The translations under genes were made by a program, and so were the position numbers. Below the pieces are notes generated by a model that was given only the letters and a program-made list of their open reading frames with translations, ran no database searches and was not told the origin of the DNA. Source: a virus. Taken from it: a stretch of 62,769 nucleotides of DNA. The stretch lies in IMG/VR virus record IMGVR_UViG_3300050128_000007. One strand, given 5' to 3'. Positions 16,617-25,662 of the stretch are shown here, piece after piece. Numbering within the stretch: the stretch's first letter is position 1; every line of letters begins with the position of its first letter.

Positions 16617-16983
16617 CTCCGCCCGCCGCAGGCAATACGCTACCGGGGCGCGGGCCGAAGCTGAACTCGCCTCGCTCCGCGAGCTCGGCAAGTCGCCCCG
16701 CCGTGGCGCTTGCGCTGCCGCCGTTACGTCCTCGTCCGTGAAGTCCGCCATTTGATGTTTCCTGTTGCTTCGCCACGCGGCGCATCCAGCCTTTGAAGGC
16801 CATAGACCAGCCTTTCATTCCAGCTTTGCGAGCGATGGCGCGATTTTCATTTGCTCCAGCCCATAAGCGCATGTCCTCAGCCATATCGTCTATTTGCGAA
16901 TCAGATAGGTGCAATTTCCTATGGCCGTATTCTCGGTCGTCGTTCGTTGGAGCCCAATTTTCCGGTAGTGATGCGCCGTTCAT
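16573..16983 (-). CDS. Hypothetical protein with an N-terminal LPENW...GWSMAFKGWMRR motif, as seen in phage replication-associated (DnaT-type) domains
   Basis: ATG 16983 preceded by GAGG. An alternative ATG is at 17001. Confidence 0.45.
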   Translation of the reverse strand: MNGASLPENWAPTNDDREYGHRKLHLSDSQIDDMAEDMRLWAGANENRAIARKAGMKGWSMAFKGWMRRVAKQQETSNGGLHGRGRNGGSASATAGRLAELAERGEFSFGPRPGSVLPAAGGDDVRLLPEGRGGKS

Positions 16984-17533
16984 CCGGACCTCACTTTTCA
17001 TTTTTCCACGCTTTAACCCTTTCCGCCCTCAGGTCTAAGCCCAAGGCCGCTGGCTAGGCAGAGGCTAGACCATCTAGCCCGCGTACTCGATTCCCTCGCC
17101 CTTTCGGGCCACCCCGTTGTCCCCGGAATGTCGCCTGCGAGCTTTTTTCGGCGCTCGCTCGGGGGTGTCTGGGCCGGGAAGCCATCCCCGGTGACAGAAC
17201 ATCGCCGTTCATACCGTCCCCGGTATTGCCGGGTCTGAGGGCCGCGGGTCCTATGGGTCACGGGAGCCCGCTATTTTTCTGGAAAGCACACGAGTCCAGC
17301 ACGTCGTCACGCTGCTTCGGAGGGCGGAGCTGGCTCGATCGGCACGAAAGCCGGGCTGAGGAACATTGACGGGAACTCGCAGAATTACTAAGTCTTTTCC
17401 CGTTACAGTCCGCAATTCCTCGGAGCTCTTGCGGATCAGCCCGGCGGATGGGAAAGCCACCATCGCGCCGGGCATCTTTTTGTAAGCCCGATTCGGCTGA
17501 TTCTGGAAGCCACTACAGATAGCGGGGATAACC

Positions 17534-18130
17534 TCAAGACCCGCTATTAGTAGATTTCTTCCATGAAATCCGATGCAACTCGGCCGGTTTGTTCCAGCCC
17601 AACTCCAAAACCATCCAGCAAAACGCGATCGAGGAAGAGCTTTTCTTCCCAGTCCAGCCGTCCCGATGCATCCTAGGGAGGCGGTTTTTGAAGACGTAGA
17701 CCCGCGCCAGCAGGCCAGTATCGAGGATTGAGGACCGACCGGAACCCTCAAGAAACGCTAGCCGTAGTAGCATCGCAACCTTTGGAACTCCCAGCAGTAT
17801 GGCGTGAGCCACGAAAGGCTCGGCGAGCGCATAAGGCGGGTTGGTCACGATCGCCCCGATATGGATGCCTGGCGGCTGCTCGAACAGGAAATCGACGCGG
17901 CTTTCCGAGTCCGGGCATCCGCGCTCGACCAGATCCGTCGCATAGACCCGATGGCCAGCATCGCGCAGCACTTTGACGATGGCACCGTCTCCGCATGCTG
18001 GCTCCCAAATCGTACCGGAGAACTTTTCCACTTCTAGTAATGCGCGCATGGCTTCGGGCGGCGTGGCGTAGAAATCGTCCCGATGTTCGGCGAGAGGCGC
18101 GCGGCCAGATTGTGCGGATTTATCGAGCAA
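17534..18130 (-). CDS. DNA N6-adenine methyltransferase (motif I EPACGDG, motif IV TNPPY)
   Basis: Motifs read in the translation. TTG 18130 is preceded by GGGAGGAG. The ORF is open from 18169. Confidence 0.75.
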   Translation of the reverse strand: MLDKSAQSGRAPLAEHRDDFYATPPEAMRALLEVEKFSGTIWEPACGDGAIVKVLRDAGHRVYATDLVERGCPDSESRVDFLFEQPPGIHIGAIVTNPPYALAEPFVAHAILLGVPKVAMLLRLAFLEGSGRSSILDTGLLARVYVFKNRLPRMHRDGWTGKKSSSSIAFCWMVLELGWNKPAELHRISWKKSTNSGS

Positions 18131-18551
18131 TCTCAGTCTCCTCCCAACCGCCCTTTTTGGCTCGAACAAGGATGAAGCGGAATGGATAGATCGAAGCGGC
18201 TACCTTGAGCTTCACCGCGGCGTCGTCACGCATGAAGCCCTTGACCTCCCGCATCTCAAGAATCCAGTTGGCGGAGAGGACAGCAAAATCAACCGTCAGA
18301 AACGTGGCGGGTGCCAGCCGAAGCTTAATCCCCTCGAACTTGTGCCACAGAATGTCCCCGGAATGGCGTAGGAGCCATAGGTGGGCGTCGTAAGCCGCCT
18401 CGGTCTTATTCATGCCCCCTACCGGCAAACGGCCATGGGCGAAGCTTTGTGGCTGAATGGGAGGGGCGGGGATTAGGTCAGCCTTATTGACCAATCCGGT
18501 ATTACCGGAACGGGCCATAAACTCCCGATATTCCTCATAGGTCCAGCGCAT
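18120..18551 (-). CDS. DUF1064-type PD-(D/E)xK nuclease (putative)
   Basis: MNKTEAAYDAHL...TVDFAVL...EMREVKG matches the pattern. Confidence 0.55.
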   Translation of the reverse strand: MRWTYEEYREFMARSGNTGLVNKADLIPAPPIQPQSFAHGRLPVGGMNKTEAAYDAHLWLLRHSGDILWHKFEGIKLRLAPATFLTVDFAVLSANWILEMREVKGFMRDDAAVKLKVAASIYPFRFILVRAKKGGWEETEIAR

Positions 18552-18883
18552 TACCCTGCCGCCAATGCGCCGGTAGCTCGCTCAATGGCGGCTTGGCCCA
18601 AGGGAAGGTCGGCCAGCATGCCCAAACACTGCATGTAAACCTCAATTATGGCCTCCTGCTCGTGCCGCGCCGTAGTATCCTGCTTGCGCATACGGATGAT
18701 GGCGCGGATAGCTTTTACGTCGAAACCGTCGCTTTTGGCTTCTTTGTAGACCTCGCTAATATCGACCGCGACGGTTTTCTTATCCTCCTCCAATCGCTCT
18801 ATGCGCTCCACAAAAGCCTTCAGAGGTGCCTTTGCGGAATCGCCGTTTGGCTCGAATTTACGCTTTGGCTTTGCCATCATCAT
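18551..18883 (-). CDS. gapR: GapR-like (DUF2312) nucleoid-associated DNA-binding protein
   Basis: LKAFVERIERLEEDKK...VYKEAKSDGFDVKAIRAIIRMRKQD...EQEAIIEVYMQCLGM closely matches the GapR pattern. Confidence 0.85.
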   Translation of the reverse strand: MMMAKPKRKFEPNGDSAKAPLKAFVERIERLEEDKKTVAVDISEVYKEAKSDGFDVKAIRAIIRMRKQDTTARHEQEAIIEVYMQCLGMLADLPLGQAAIERATGALAAG

Positions 18884-18895
18884 CTCCTTTGGAGT

Positions 18896-19084
18896 TTAGT
18901 GCGGTCGCCGGTGCGCGGCCTCGTCATCGATACGGATGTCATGCAGCATCGACGCGACAATCCGGCGCGGGTGGTCGCCCGTCACGCGGGATAGACGCGC
19001 GAGCCAATGAACAGTCTCGCGGTCCAGCGGAAGATCCAGCGGAACCACTTCAACGTTCTCGTCGATGTCATCAAGCGCGTCCAT
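18896..19084 (-). CDS. Small ribbon-helix-helix-like protein (62 aa)
   Basis: ATG 19084 checked. The ORF is open from 19120. Confidence 0.45.
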   Translation of the reverse strand: MDALDDIDENVEVVPLDLPLDRETVHWLARLSRVTGDHPRRIVASMLHDIRIDDEAAHRRPH

Positions 19085-19141
19085 AATGGAGGCGATACAC
19101 GATTCGCCGCGTCTGCCCAAGAGGGTTGGGGACTTTTATCC

Positions 19142-19399
19142 CTACTTTTGATCTTTACGGCCCATGAAAATTGGCCGCAGTGGTGGCCACGCCGTATCTT
19201 CGGGCCAGTTCTTGCGGAACCAATTCAAAATCTCCTCGGCCCTTTTTACCGAAATTGAGTGCTTACCGGTGGCGAGTTGGTGGAAAAAGCTGGCGTTGCC
19301 ATAAGCCTTGCGGCTTACGCTGCCGAGCTTAACCCCATTGGCCTCCGCATAAGCCTTGGCGATGGCGAGAAGGTTGTCTCTGAAAATAGACGCAAACAT
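19142..19399 (-). CDS. Hypothetical protein (85 aa), first leftward gene at the divergent early switch
   Basis: ATG 19399 checked. The longer 240-aa ORF is a shadow of the plus-strand exonuclease gene. Confidence 0.55.
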   Translation of the reverse strand: MFASIFRDNLLAIAKAYAEANGVKLGSVSRKAYGNASFFHQLATGKHSISVKRAEEILNWFRKNWPEDTAWPPLRPIFMGRKDQK

Positions 19400-19499
19400 A
19401 GGCGGATTTATAGCGCGAGTGAAGATTATATCGCAAGCCCCCTTTACAGCGGGACGATTTTCACATACAACCAAATTGCTTCGGAACCGAAGAGGACCG

Positions 19500-20297
19500 A
19501 TGGACATGGCATTAACTCCAGAACAGCACCGATTGCGAGAAGGCAAGCTCACTGCTAGCCGCGTGTCGGCTTTAATGGGCGGCGACGCGGCCAAAATATT
19601 AAACCTGTGGCGAGAAATGATCGGCGACCCAGCGTTCGTAGCCGAGGATTTGTCCGGCGTATGGCCAGTTAGGCTAGGCGAAGCCACTGAGGCGCTTAAT
19701 CTCGAATGGTACTCTCGGAAGCACGGCAAGATTTCCCGCATGGGCGAGGTCGTTACGGGCAATCCGTCGTGGATGGCAGCCACGCTCGACGCTTGGGACA
19801 TTGAGCACGCTTGCCCGGTCGAGGCGAAGAATGTCGGTGGCCGCGAACCGCTCGAAACGATCATCGCCCGCTACGCGCCACAAACGACCTGGCAGATGAT
19901 GATCACCGAATCAAAGCAATGCGCCCTGTCGGTCATCATGGGGGCGAACGAGCCTATAGTTGAATTTTTGCCATTCGACGCTGAGTACGCCGCCGAACTC
20001 ATGAAGCGCGCCAAGCAGTTTATGGCGTGCGTCGAATCACTTACTCCGCCGGTCGCACTTCCCGCCATTACCGCGCCAGTCATCGCCGCTAAAATCTATC
20101 CGATGGACGGCAACGCGGAATGGAAAGCACAAGCGGAACGATGGGTGCAATCCTATGGAGCGGCGCAGATAGCCAAAGAGGCGGAAACCAAATTGAAGGC
20201 GCTCGTTCCTGCGGACGCCGCCAAGGCTATCGGCCACGGAATCACAATCACACGCAACCGCGCCGGCAGTTTGGCGCTTCGAGAGGACAAGAAATGA
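19500..20297 (+). CDS. YqaJ-like (lambda Exo-type) recombination exonuclease
   Basis: [12 protein letters not shown] and VEAKNV motifs. ATG 19500 follows GAAGAGGA. It is paired with recT. Confidence 0.8.
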   Translation: MDMALTPEQHRLREGKLTASRVSALMGGDAAKILNLWREMIGDPAFVAEDLSGVWPVRLGEATEALNLEWYSRKHGKISRMGEVVTGNPSWMAATLDAWDIEHACPVEAKNVGGREPLETIIARYAPQTTWQMMITESKQCALSVIMGANEPIVEFLPFDAEYAAELMKRAKQFMACVESLTPPVALPAITAPVIAAKIYPMDGNAEWKAQAERWVQSYGAAQIAKEAETKLKALVPADAAKAIGHGITITRNRAGSLALREDKK

Positions 20298-21343
20298 AAG
20301 CCCTAACCACGACCACGCAGCATGCCGTCTCGCGGTTCTCTCCAGATCAAGTCGACCTGATAAAACGGACGATTGCAAAAGGCGCTTCCGACGACGAGTT
20401 GCGCTTGTTCATGTACCAATGCGAGCGCACCGGCCTCGATCCACTTGCCCGGCAGATCTATGCCGTGAAGCGATGGGACGCGCAATCGTCGCGCGAGGTC
20501 ATGTCGATTCAGACATCGATCGACGGCTTTCGTTTAATTGCGGAGCGCAGCGGGAAATATGCGGGCCAAGTAGGTCCGTTCTGGTGCGGCCCTGATGGCG
20601 AATGGGTCGACGTATGGGTTAAGCCCGAGCCGCCCACGGCGGCGCGCGTTGGCATCCTTCGATCGGATTTCAAAGAGCCGGTATGGGGTGTCGCGCGGTT
20701 TGCGTCCTATGCGCAGAAAAAAAAGGACGGGTCGTTCACGCGCATGTGGCAGGCGATGGGCGACGTCATGATTTCTAAATGCAGCGAAGCCCTCGGGCTG
20801 CGCAAGGCATTCCCGCAAGAGCTATCAGGGCTGTACACAAACGACGAAATGGAGCAGGCGACGCAAGAGCCGCCACCAAAAGTCGCCGCAAACATTATCG
20901 AACAACAGAAAGAGCCGCTGCACAATCCCGAGACTGGCGAAATTGTACCATCAGCGCCGGATGCCATCGCGGTTCAAGACGACGATTGGATCAAGTTTGG
21001 CCAGTCACTCATTGCCGCGATCATAGCAGTGCCAGAGCGAGCGGACGAGTGGCTAACGACCAATGCAAATTCATGCGCGGCAATGGCCAAGGCTGCGCCG
21101 AAAGTCCACAAACGCATGATGGACGCGATCGACAAGCTGAGGCCCCCCACTCAGCCCATGCCGGCCGACAATCCGGAGGCATATCTAAAGTGGCTCAAGG
21201 CCAAATGCGCTGAGATTGCTTTGCCGTCAGAATTACACTCTTTCGCCAAAAGCCAAGCGGAGATTCTGAAATCTGCATTTCCACCCGATGCTGATCACGC
21301 GCGTCATTTCATCGAAATGCGGGCAAAAGAACTAGAAAAATGA
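20294..21343 (+). CDS. recT: RecT-family single-strand annealing protein
   Basis: [19 protein letters not shown] and [16 protein letters not shown] motifs. ATGA overlap with the exonuclease stop. Confidence 0.9.
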   Translation: MKALTTTTQHAVSRFSPDQVDLIKRTIAKGASDDELRLFMYQCERTGLDPLARQIYAVKRWDAQSSREVMSIQTSIDGFRLIAERSGKYAGQVGPFWCGPDGEWVDVWVKPEPPTAARVGILRSDFKEPVWGVARFASYAQKKKDGSFTRMWQAMGDVMISKCSEALGLRKAFPQELSGLYTNDEMEQATQEPPPKVAANIIEQQKEPLHNPETGEIVPSAPDAIAVQDDDWIKFGQSLIAAIIAVPERADEWLTTNANSCAAMAKAAPKVHKRMMDAIDKLRPPTQPMPADNPEAYLKWLKAKCAEIALPSELHSFAKSQAEILKSAFPPDADHARHFIEMRAKELEK

Positions 21344-21386
21344 CATGCTTATCCGGTTGCCACACACAAACGCTGAGAGGCACTAA

Positions 21387-21995
21387 ATGTTGATCGCATT
21401 CAAAAATACTATCTGCACCAAGCCTTTCATTCTCAAACAGCTTCGCGCTCATGCCGCAGCGGATGAGATTGTTAAAGGTCGATATTGGGAAGGTGGAAAG
21501 GGATGCGCTGTCGGCTGCACCCTCCATTCTGGCTACCACGACAAATACGAGAGCCGCTTCGGTATTCCGCAAATGTTGGCGTGGCTCGAAGATTGTATTT
21601 TTGAAGGTTTGCCAAACGGTAAGGCTAAAGCGTGGCCGGTGAGATTTATGGATGCTGTGCAGCCCGGCGCCGATCTATCCCGCGTTGGTTGGAAATTTTT
21701 GCATTGGCTTCTGACGGACGAAGAAGTCAATCCCGGTATTACTGATCCTTTGTTTAAGGATGCAATCAGTCAATGCGCTGATGTTCTTGCACCACTTACG
21801 AAAGGTGAGGCGGTAGATAAGGGCGCGGCGAGGAGCGCGGAGAGCGCGGCGTGGAGCGCGGCGAGCGCGGCGTGGAGCGCGGCGAGGAGCGCGGCGATGA
21901 GCGCGGAGAGCGCGGCGTATGTCAAGATGTCCGACAAGCTGATCGCGCTTATCAAAGCCGCGCCGAAATCAAGACCGACAAAACACAACATCTAG
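21387..21995 (+). CDS. Cassette-borne protein with a CAVGC motif and Ala/Ser/Trp heptad-like repeats (202 aa)
   Basis: It has its own SD GAGAGG. It contains AARSAESAAWSAASAAWSAARSAAMSAESAAY. It is AT-richer than the flanks. Confidence 0.7.
   Translation: MLIAFKNTICTKPFILKQLRAHAAADEIVKGRYWEGGKGCAVGCTLHSGYHDKYESRFGIPQMLAWLEDCIFEGLPNGKAKAWPVRFMDAVQPGADLSRVGWKFLHWLLTDEEVNPGITDPLFKDAISQCADVLAPLTKGEAVDKGAARSAESAAWSAASAAWSAARSAAMSAESAAYVKMSDKLIALIKAAPKSRPTKHNI
21823..21917 (+). repeat. Tandem 9/12-nt coding repeat GCGCGG(CG)NGGA (nine units)
   Basis: Read directly. It is in frame inside gene 21387..21995. Confidence 0.85.
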
Positions 21996-22034
21996 AGCTG
22001 TGTGTCTAAACCGGATAAGCATAGAACTAGAAAA

Positions 22035-22463
22035 ATGATTGCCGTCGCTGCCATCAAGCGCAAGGCCAAGTTTGCGGGCGAAGTGGGCCTATACGGTGCC
22101 GATCAAGTAGCAGACGAGGAACTGAAGCGCCTAACAAACGATGAAATGGTATGGGCCGAGATAACCACGCCTAAAAACATTGATCTGCTTCGATACCTTT
22201 GGGCTATCGCTCAGAAGCTTGCGGACGGCGGTCTCTACCAAGACAAGGACGATGCGATGGAGGATCTGAAAATCCGCGCACGTTTCGCGCGCTTCGCTCA
22301 AGAGCGCGGGCGCATAGTCATTGTGCCAAGGTCATTAAGCAAGCAGCGTAAAGATGTTCTTAGCCGTCTTGCTGATCGGTTTGTATACATTATTTGCGCC
22401 GACCTCTTGCCGCAGATGAAACCGAGCGAGTTTCGCAAGGAAATTGAGGACATGGTTTCATGA
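22035..22463 (+). CDS. Hypothetical protein (142 aa from ATG 22035; the ORF is open from GTG 22002)
   Basis: ATG 22035 lies inside the right direct repeat. The left copy of that repeat holds the recT stop. Confidence 0.6.
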   Translation: MIAVAAIKRKAKFAGEVGLYGADQVADEELKRLTNDEMVWAEITTPKNIDLLRYLWAIAQKLADGGLYQDKDDAMEDLKIRARFARFAQERGRIVIVPRSLSKQRKDVLSRLADRFVYIICADLLPQMKPSEFRKEIEDMVS

Positions 22464-22783
22464 GCCGAATCTCGGAAGTTCTACACGCTGCCCCGTATGG
22501 TGTTTTACCGGGACATAAAGAGCCGACAACATCGCGGGATGCCGCGCGCACAATGGGAGGAACCGCCGCGTTACTCCGCGAGCGCGTCTTGGTCGCCGTC
22601 ATCGCTGCGGGCGAGCGAGGATTGACTCCCGACGAGACGGCCACGATCCTCGGAGAGAGCGTCCTTGCAATTCGTCCAAGATTTTCGGAATTAGGCCCAA
22701 AGCACTACGGCTTAATAACGCCGACTGGCGAACGCCGAAGAAATGAAAGCGGACTTCTCGCAAAAGCTTGGCGCGCGACATGA
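22460..22783 (+). CDS. Winged-helix DNA-binding protein (MarR-like, 107 aa)
   Basis: RERVLVAVIAAGERGLTPDETATILG...IRPRFSELG pattern. Confidence 0.55.
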   Translation: MSRISEVLHAAPYGVLPGHKEPTTSRDAARTMGGTAALLRERVLVAVIAAGERGLTPDETATILGESVLAIRPRFSELGPKHYGLITPTGERRRNESGLLAKAWRAT

Positions 22784-23103
22784 CCGACCGCATCTACACC
22801 CGCGCCGAGAAACTAGAAGTGGTTGAGCATCTGATTGAATCTCACCGCTGGGCGCGTTACGATGACGGTGTTCCCGAGCATGGAACGTGGCTTATCCTAA
22901 AGTCGATCGCATCCGACATCCGCGCCAATATGAGTGGGGCACCGAACCGCACGCTTCAGGCACTCGCGTTCCAAGTCAACGTCGCGCTCAAAGCAAAGTC
23001 GCGGATCGGATACCTTGAACTCGGCCATATGCAAGCGGTAACGGAATGCGTCATTGCTCACTGGGCAATTTTGCAGAGATCACTAGAGAAGTTCGGCCGA
23101 TGA
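22780..23103 (+). CDS. Hypothetical protein (107 aa)
   Basis: ATGA overlap at 22780..22783. Confidence 0.6.
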   Translation: MTDRIYTRAEKLEVVEHLIESHRWARYDDGVPEHGTWLILKSIASDIRANMSGAPNRTLQALAFQVNVALKAKSRIGYLELGHMQAVTECVIAHWAILQRSLEKFGR

Positions 23104-23525
23104 AGTTACGGAGACCTCATATTCCTCTGGCTATTCGCGTCGAAGTCGCTGAGCGGCAACTGCGCGAAGCTGGCCAAGAGATACCGCGATACTCAAAATA
23201 TGTTGGCTCTTATGCCGCGCGCCTTAAATGGCTTCTCGAGGACTTGTTCGCTGGCGAGCACGTTGAACTTCACCATCGTCCAGCGCTCGTCAACCGTACT
23301 CGCAAACGCTATGGCAAGTATGAGCCCGAAGCGAATGATCCGGCCTATCTCGTCTATTTGCCGAAGGATGCCCACGACATCGAGACGCGCATTCGTGGCC
23401 AGCATGGGCAACATTCCGATCTAGCTCTTGCGCGGAAGCGAAAGCGCAAGGACAAGAAGGCATCGCGTCACCAGACTAAATGGCCAAAGCGCGCTTGGCC
23501 GAAAAATAGAAAACTACGGGGATAG
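23100..23525 (+). CDS. Hypothetical basic protein, possible HNH-like nuclease
   Basis: ATGA overlap at 23100. ELHHRPAL...PKDAHDIET and a Lys/Arg-rich tail. The functional call is weak. Confidence 0.35.
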   Translation: MKLRRPHIPLAIRVEVAERQLREAGQEIPRYSKYVGSYAARLKWLLEDLFAGEHVELHHRPALVNRTRKRYGKYEPEANDPAYLVYLPKDAHDIETRIRGQHGQHSDLALARKRKRKDKKASRHQTKWPKRAWPKNRKLRG

Positions 23526-23587
23526 TCTATGCTGTACTGGATCATGATATTCGACATGGCGTGTGTCAAATTTAGGGAATTATATAC

Positions 23588-23616
23588 TTGACTCCATCGT
23601 GATTTTTGACTAGATT
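23588..23616 (+). promoter_or_regulatory. Sigma70-like promoter TTGACT-N17-TAGATT
   Basis: Read directly. It has the same -10 hexamer as the promoter at 31810..31838. Confidence 0.45.
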
Positions 23617-23641
23617 TCCGACAGAAATTGAGGGATTGGTC

Positions 23642-24568
23642 ATGTCGAAAAGCACTATTTCCACCTTTGAGTTGTTCAAGATGTTCCCAGACCAGGAAGC
23701 GGCGCGCAAGTATCTCGAAGCCCGGCTTTGGCCGGAAGGCCCGAAGTGCCCGTGCTGTGGCCTGGGTGAGCGCGTGACGGCCAGGAAGGGCAAGGAGGGC
23801 TTCTACCTATGCAACCAGTGCAAGGAAGACTTCACGGTTCGCACGGCCACGATTTTTGAGCGTTCGCACGTTCCGCTGCATAAATGGGTTTACGCGATGT
23901 ATTTGTTGGTCACGGCCCGCAAGGGCATTTCCAGCCTGCAACTCGCGAAGGAAATCGGTATCACCCAAAAGTCGGCTTGGTTTGTCCTGCATCGCCTGCG
24001 CGAGGCGTGTGGCGATGATCTGGCAACGCTCCAAGGCGTCATCGAAATTGACGAAACCTACGTGGGCGGAATCGAGAAGAACAAGCACGAAGGCAAAAAG
24101 CTCAAGGCTGGGCGTGGTTCGGTCGGCAAGAGCGCGGTTCTTGGAATGCGGGAACGCGCGACCGGTAAGACGCTGGCAATGCCGATTGAGAACGCGGACA
24201 TGGCGACAATCCACACGGCCATTCATCGCCGCGTGGTTGCGGGCTCTACGCTCCATACTGACGAAGCGTCCGCCTACAAGGGCTTGAACGGCTTGTTCTT
24301 CAAGCACGAGGCGATTAATCACGGCGCTGGCGAATATGTCCGCGATGGTGTCACGACAAACGGCATCGAAAGCGTGTTCGCCGTTCTGAAACGCGGCCTG
24401 ATCGGCGTCTACCACCACGCTAGCAAGAAGCACATTGGCCGTTACGTCGATGAGTTTGCCTTCCGTCTTAACGATGGGAACGTGAACCGCCACACGATGC
24501 AGCGCCTGGACAGCTTCGTCTCTGGTGTTGCTGGAAAACGGATCACTTACAAGGAGTTGACGCAATGA
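23642..24568 (+). CDS. IS1595-family (ISXO2-like) DDE transposase homologue, copy 2
   Basis: Zinc ribbon CPCCG...CNQC. Motifs IDETYVGG, TDEASAY and NGIESVFAVLKR. ATG 23642 follows GAGGGA. The stop overlaps the next gene (ATGA). Confidence 0.8.
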   Translation: MSKSTISTFELFKMFPDQEAARKYLEARLWPEGPKCPCCGLGERVTARKGKEGFYLCNQCKEDFTVRTATIFERSHVPLHKWVYAMYLLVTARKGISSLQLAKEIGITQKSAWFVLHRLREACGDDLATLQGVIEIDETYVGGIEKNKHEGKKLKAGRGSVGKSAVLGMRERATGKTLAMPIENADMATIHTAIHRRVVAGSTLHTDEASAYKGLNGLFFKHEAINHGAGEYVRDGVTTNGIESVFAVLKRGLIGVYHHASKKHIGRYVDEFAFRLNDGNVNRHTMQRLDSFVSGVAGKRITYKELTQ

Positions 24569-24831
24569 CGCGCCCGATGGAGCCTTGGCAGATGAAAATA
24601 CTTGAAGAAGCGCGCGGCGAATTGGGTGCGGCAATACGTCAATCAATCCCGAGCGACGACCAGATCATCATGGGTCGCGTGAAAGCGGCTTACGAGAAGG
24701 TTGGGCTGGTTTTGTCCGCCGGGCACACGCACGTCGCTGGGACAACGGTAGGGCTGAAAAGCGGGTGCTGCGCTGTATGTGGCGAGGACTTTCGCCACGA
24801 AAATCACCAGCACCGTACTTTTACGGGCTAG
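24565..24831 (+). CDS. Hypothetical protein (88 aa)
   Basis: Translationally coupled to transposase copy 2. Confidence 0.6.
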   Translation: MTRPMEPWQMKILEEARGELGAAIRQSIPSDDQIIMGRVKAAYEKVGLVLSAGHTHVAGTTVGLKSGCCAVCGEDFRHENHQHRTFTG

Positions 24832-24840
24832 GGCGGCACC

Positions 24841-25023
24841 ATGAGCAGGCGCGATAGAACGCTAGGACGGTCAACTCGCTGCATTGATGGGCGCCTTATG
24901 CGCCACGATCCGCAGCCGGATGACCCATCGCTTGAGACTGATATCGGGGAATGTCCGGAGTGTGATGGTCACGGCTGCGAGGCTGTGGCGCGCGATAACG
25001 GCCAATTCGGAGTAGGCGCGTGA
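24841..25023 (+). CDS. Hypothetical protein (60 aa)
   Basis: ORF with an ATG start. Confidence 0.5.
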   Translation: MSRRDRTLGRSTRCIDGRLMRHDPQPDDPSLETDIGECPECDGHGCEAVARDNGQFGVGA

Positions 25024-25241
25024 AGTATGCAGACATGCAGGATCAATGCGAGGGTGCCATGATGGATGTTCTTGACGCCGTATGGGCGGAAATTAGCGAA
25101 TTGAAGTGCAAGGCTGGCGATGAAAAGGCGCTGGTCGGGGACGAATTCGACGAAGATATTTATGACATGGCGATCATCGATGCGCTGGGCGTTATCGAGC
25201 GCCTGGGTGGTATGGACCCTAGCGCGCGGAAAAAATCATGA
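25020..25241 (+). CDS. Hypothetical acidic protein (73 aa)
   Basis: 4-nt overlap with the upstream gene. Confidence 0.55.
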   Translation: MKYADMQDQCEGAMMDVLDAVWAEISELKCKAGDEKALVGDEFDEDIYDMAIIDALGVIERLGGMDPSARKKS

Positions 25242-25462
25242 TCACGCAATGCGAAAATACGGTTAGCGACCTTGGTGCCTATTTTCTTCAAGGCCGCCGC
25301 GTTCCTGTCAGATGCGCTCGTGATGCTGCATGGGTGGTTTCGGTTAATCCGCCCACCAAAGACAGCGACGGCAATGTTCGCCTCTGTGATTCATGCAATG
25401 CGCTCGACTACAGAACTTTTCCGCGTGAGAAAATTGCCTCCAAAGCGGGATGCGTTCCATGA
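25238..25462 (+). CDS. Hypothetical protein (74 aa)
   Basis: 4-nt overlap with the upstream gene. Confidence 0.55.
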   Translation: MITQCENTVSDLGAYFLQGRRVPVRCARDAAWVVSVNPPTKDSDGNVRLCDSCNALDYRTFPREKIASKAGCVP

Positions 25463-25662
25463 ATACCCCAGAGCGGTCTGGTACGGCTCGCGAGGCCCCC
25501 AGCACCAGTAGGGACGGTTCGACCGTAGGGGCTCAGCCCGCCGCTCGCTTATCTCACCTGGACGCTATCGCGGACGTGGTGCTCGCCTACCGCCCCAAGG
25601 CGAAGACGAAGCCCGCGCGAAAACGTCAGAGGGCGAGGCGGAAACGCGAAAAGGCGCTATGA
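25450..25662 (+). CDS. Hypothetical basic protein (70 aa)
   Basis: ORF in the operon with a Lys/Arg-rich tail. Confidence 0.5.
   Translation: MRSMNTPERSGTAREAPSTSRDGSTVGAQPAARLSHLDAIADVVLAYRPKAKTKPARKRQRARRKREKAL

Larger units (their letters stand above)
21328..22038. mobile_element. 678-bp single-gene cassette (21345..22022) bounded by 23-bp imperfect inverted repeats and 16-bp direct repeats
   Basis: IR-L is 21345..21367 ATGCTTATCCGGTTgccACACAC. IR-R is 22000..22022, matching 20 of 23 in reverse complement. The direct repeat AGAACTAGAAAAATGA is at 21328..21343 and 22023..22038. No transposase lies inside. Confidence 0.45.

Noticed and set aside
17013-17751. Minus ORFs 17013..17261 and 17251..17751
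   Set aside because: Most of their length is Arg/Pro/Ser-rich or overlaps the methyltransferase gene. Only a weak 74-aa candidate (17251..17475) remains, and it was not called.
19400-19864. The N-terminal two-thirds of the 240-aa minus ORF 19142..19864
   Set aside because: It is antisense to the YqaJ exonuclease gene and has implausible composition. Only the last 85 codons (from ATG 19399) are kept.
21823-21917. Short tandem repeats as a possible CRISPR array or VNTR
   Set aside because: The units are 9/12 nt, contiguous, have no spacers and lie in frame inside a gene. No CRISPR-like repeat-spacer structure exists anywhere in the window.
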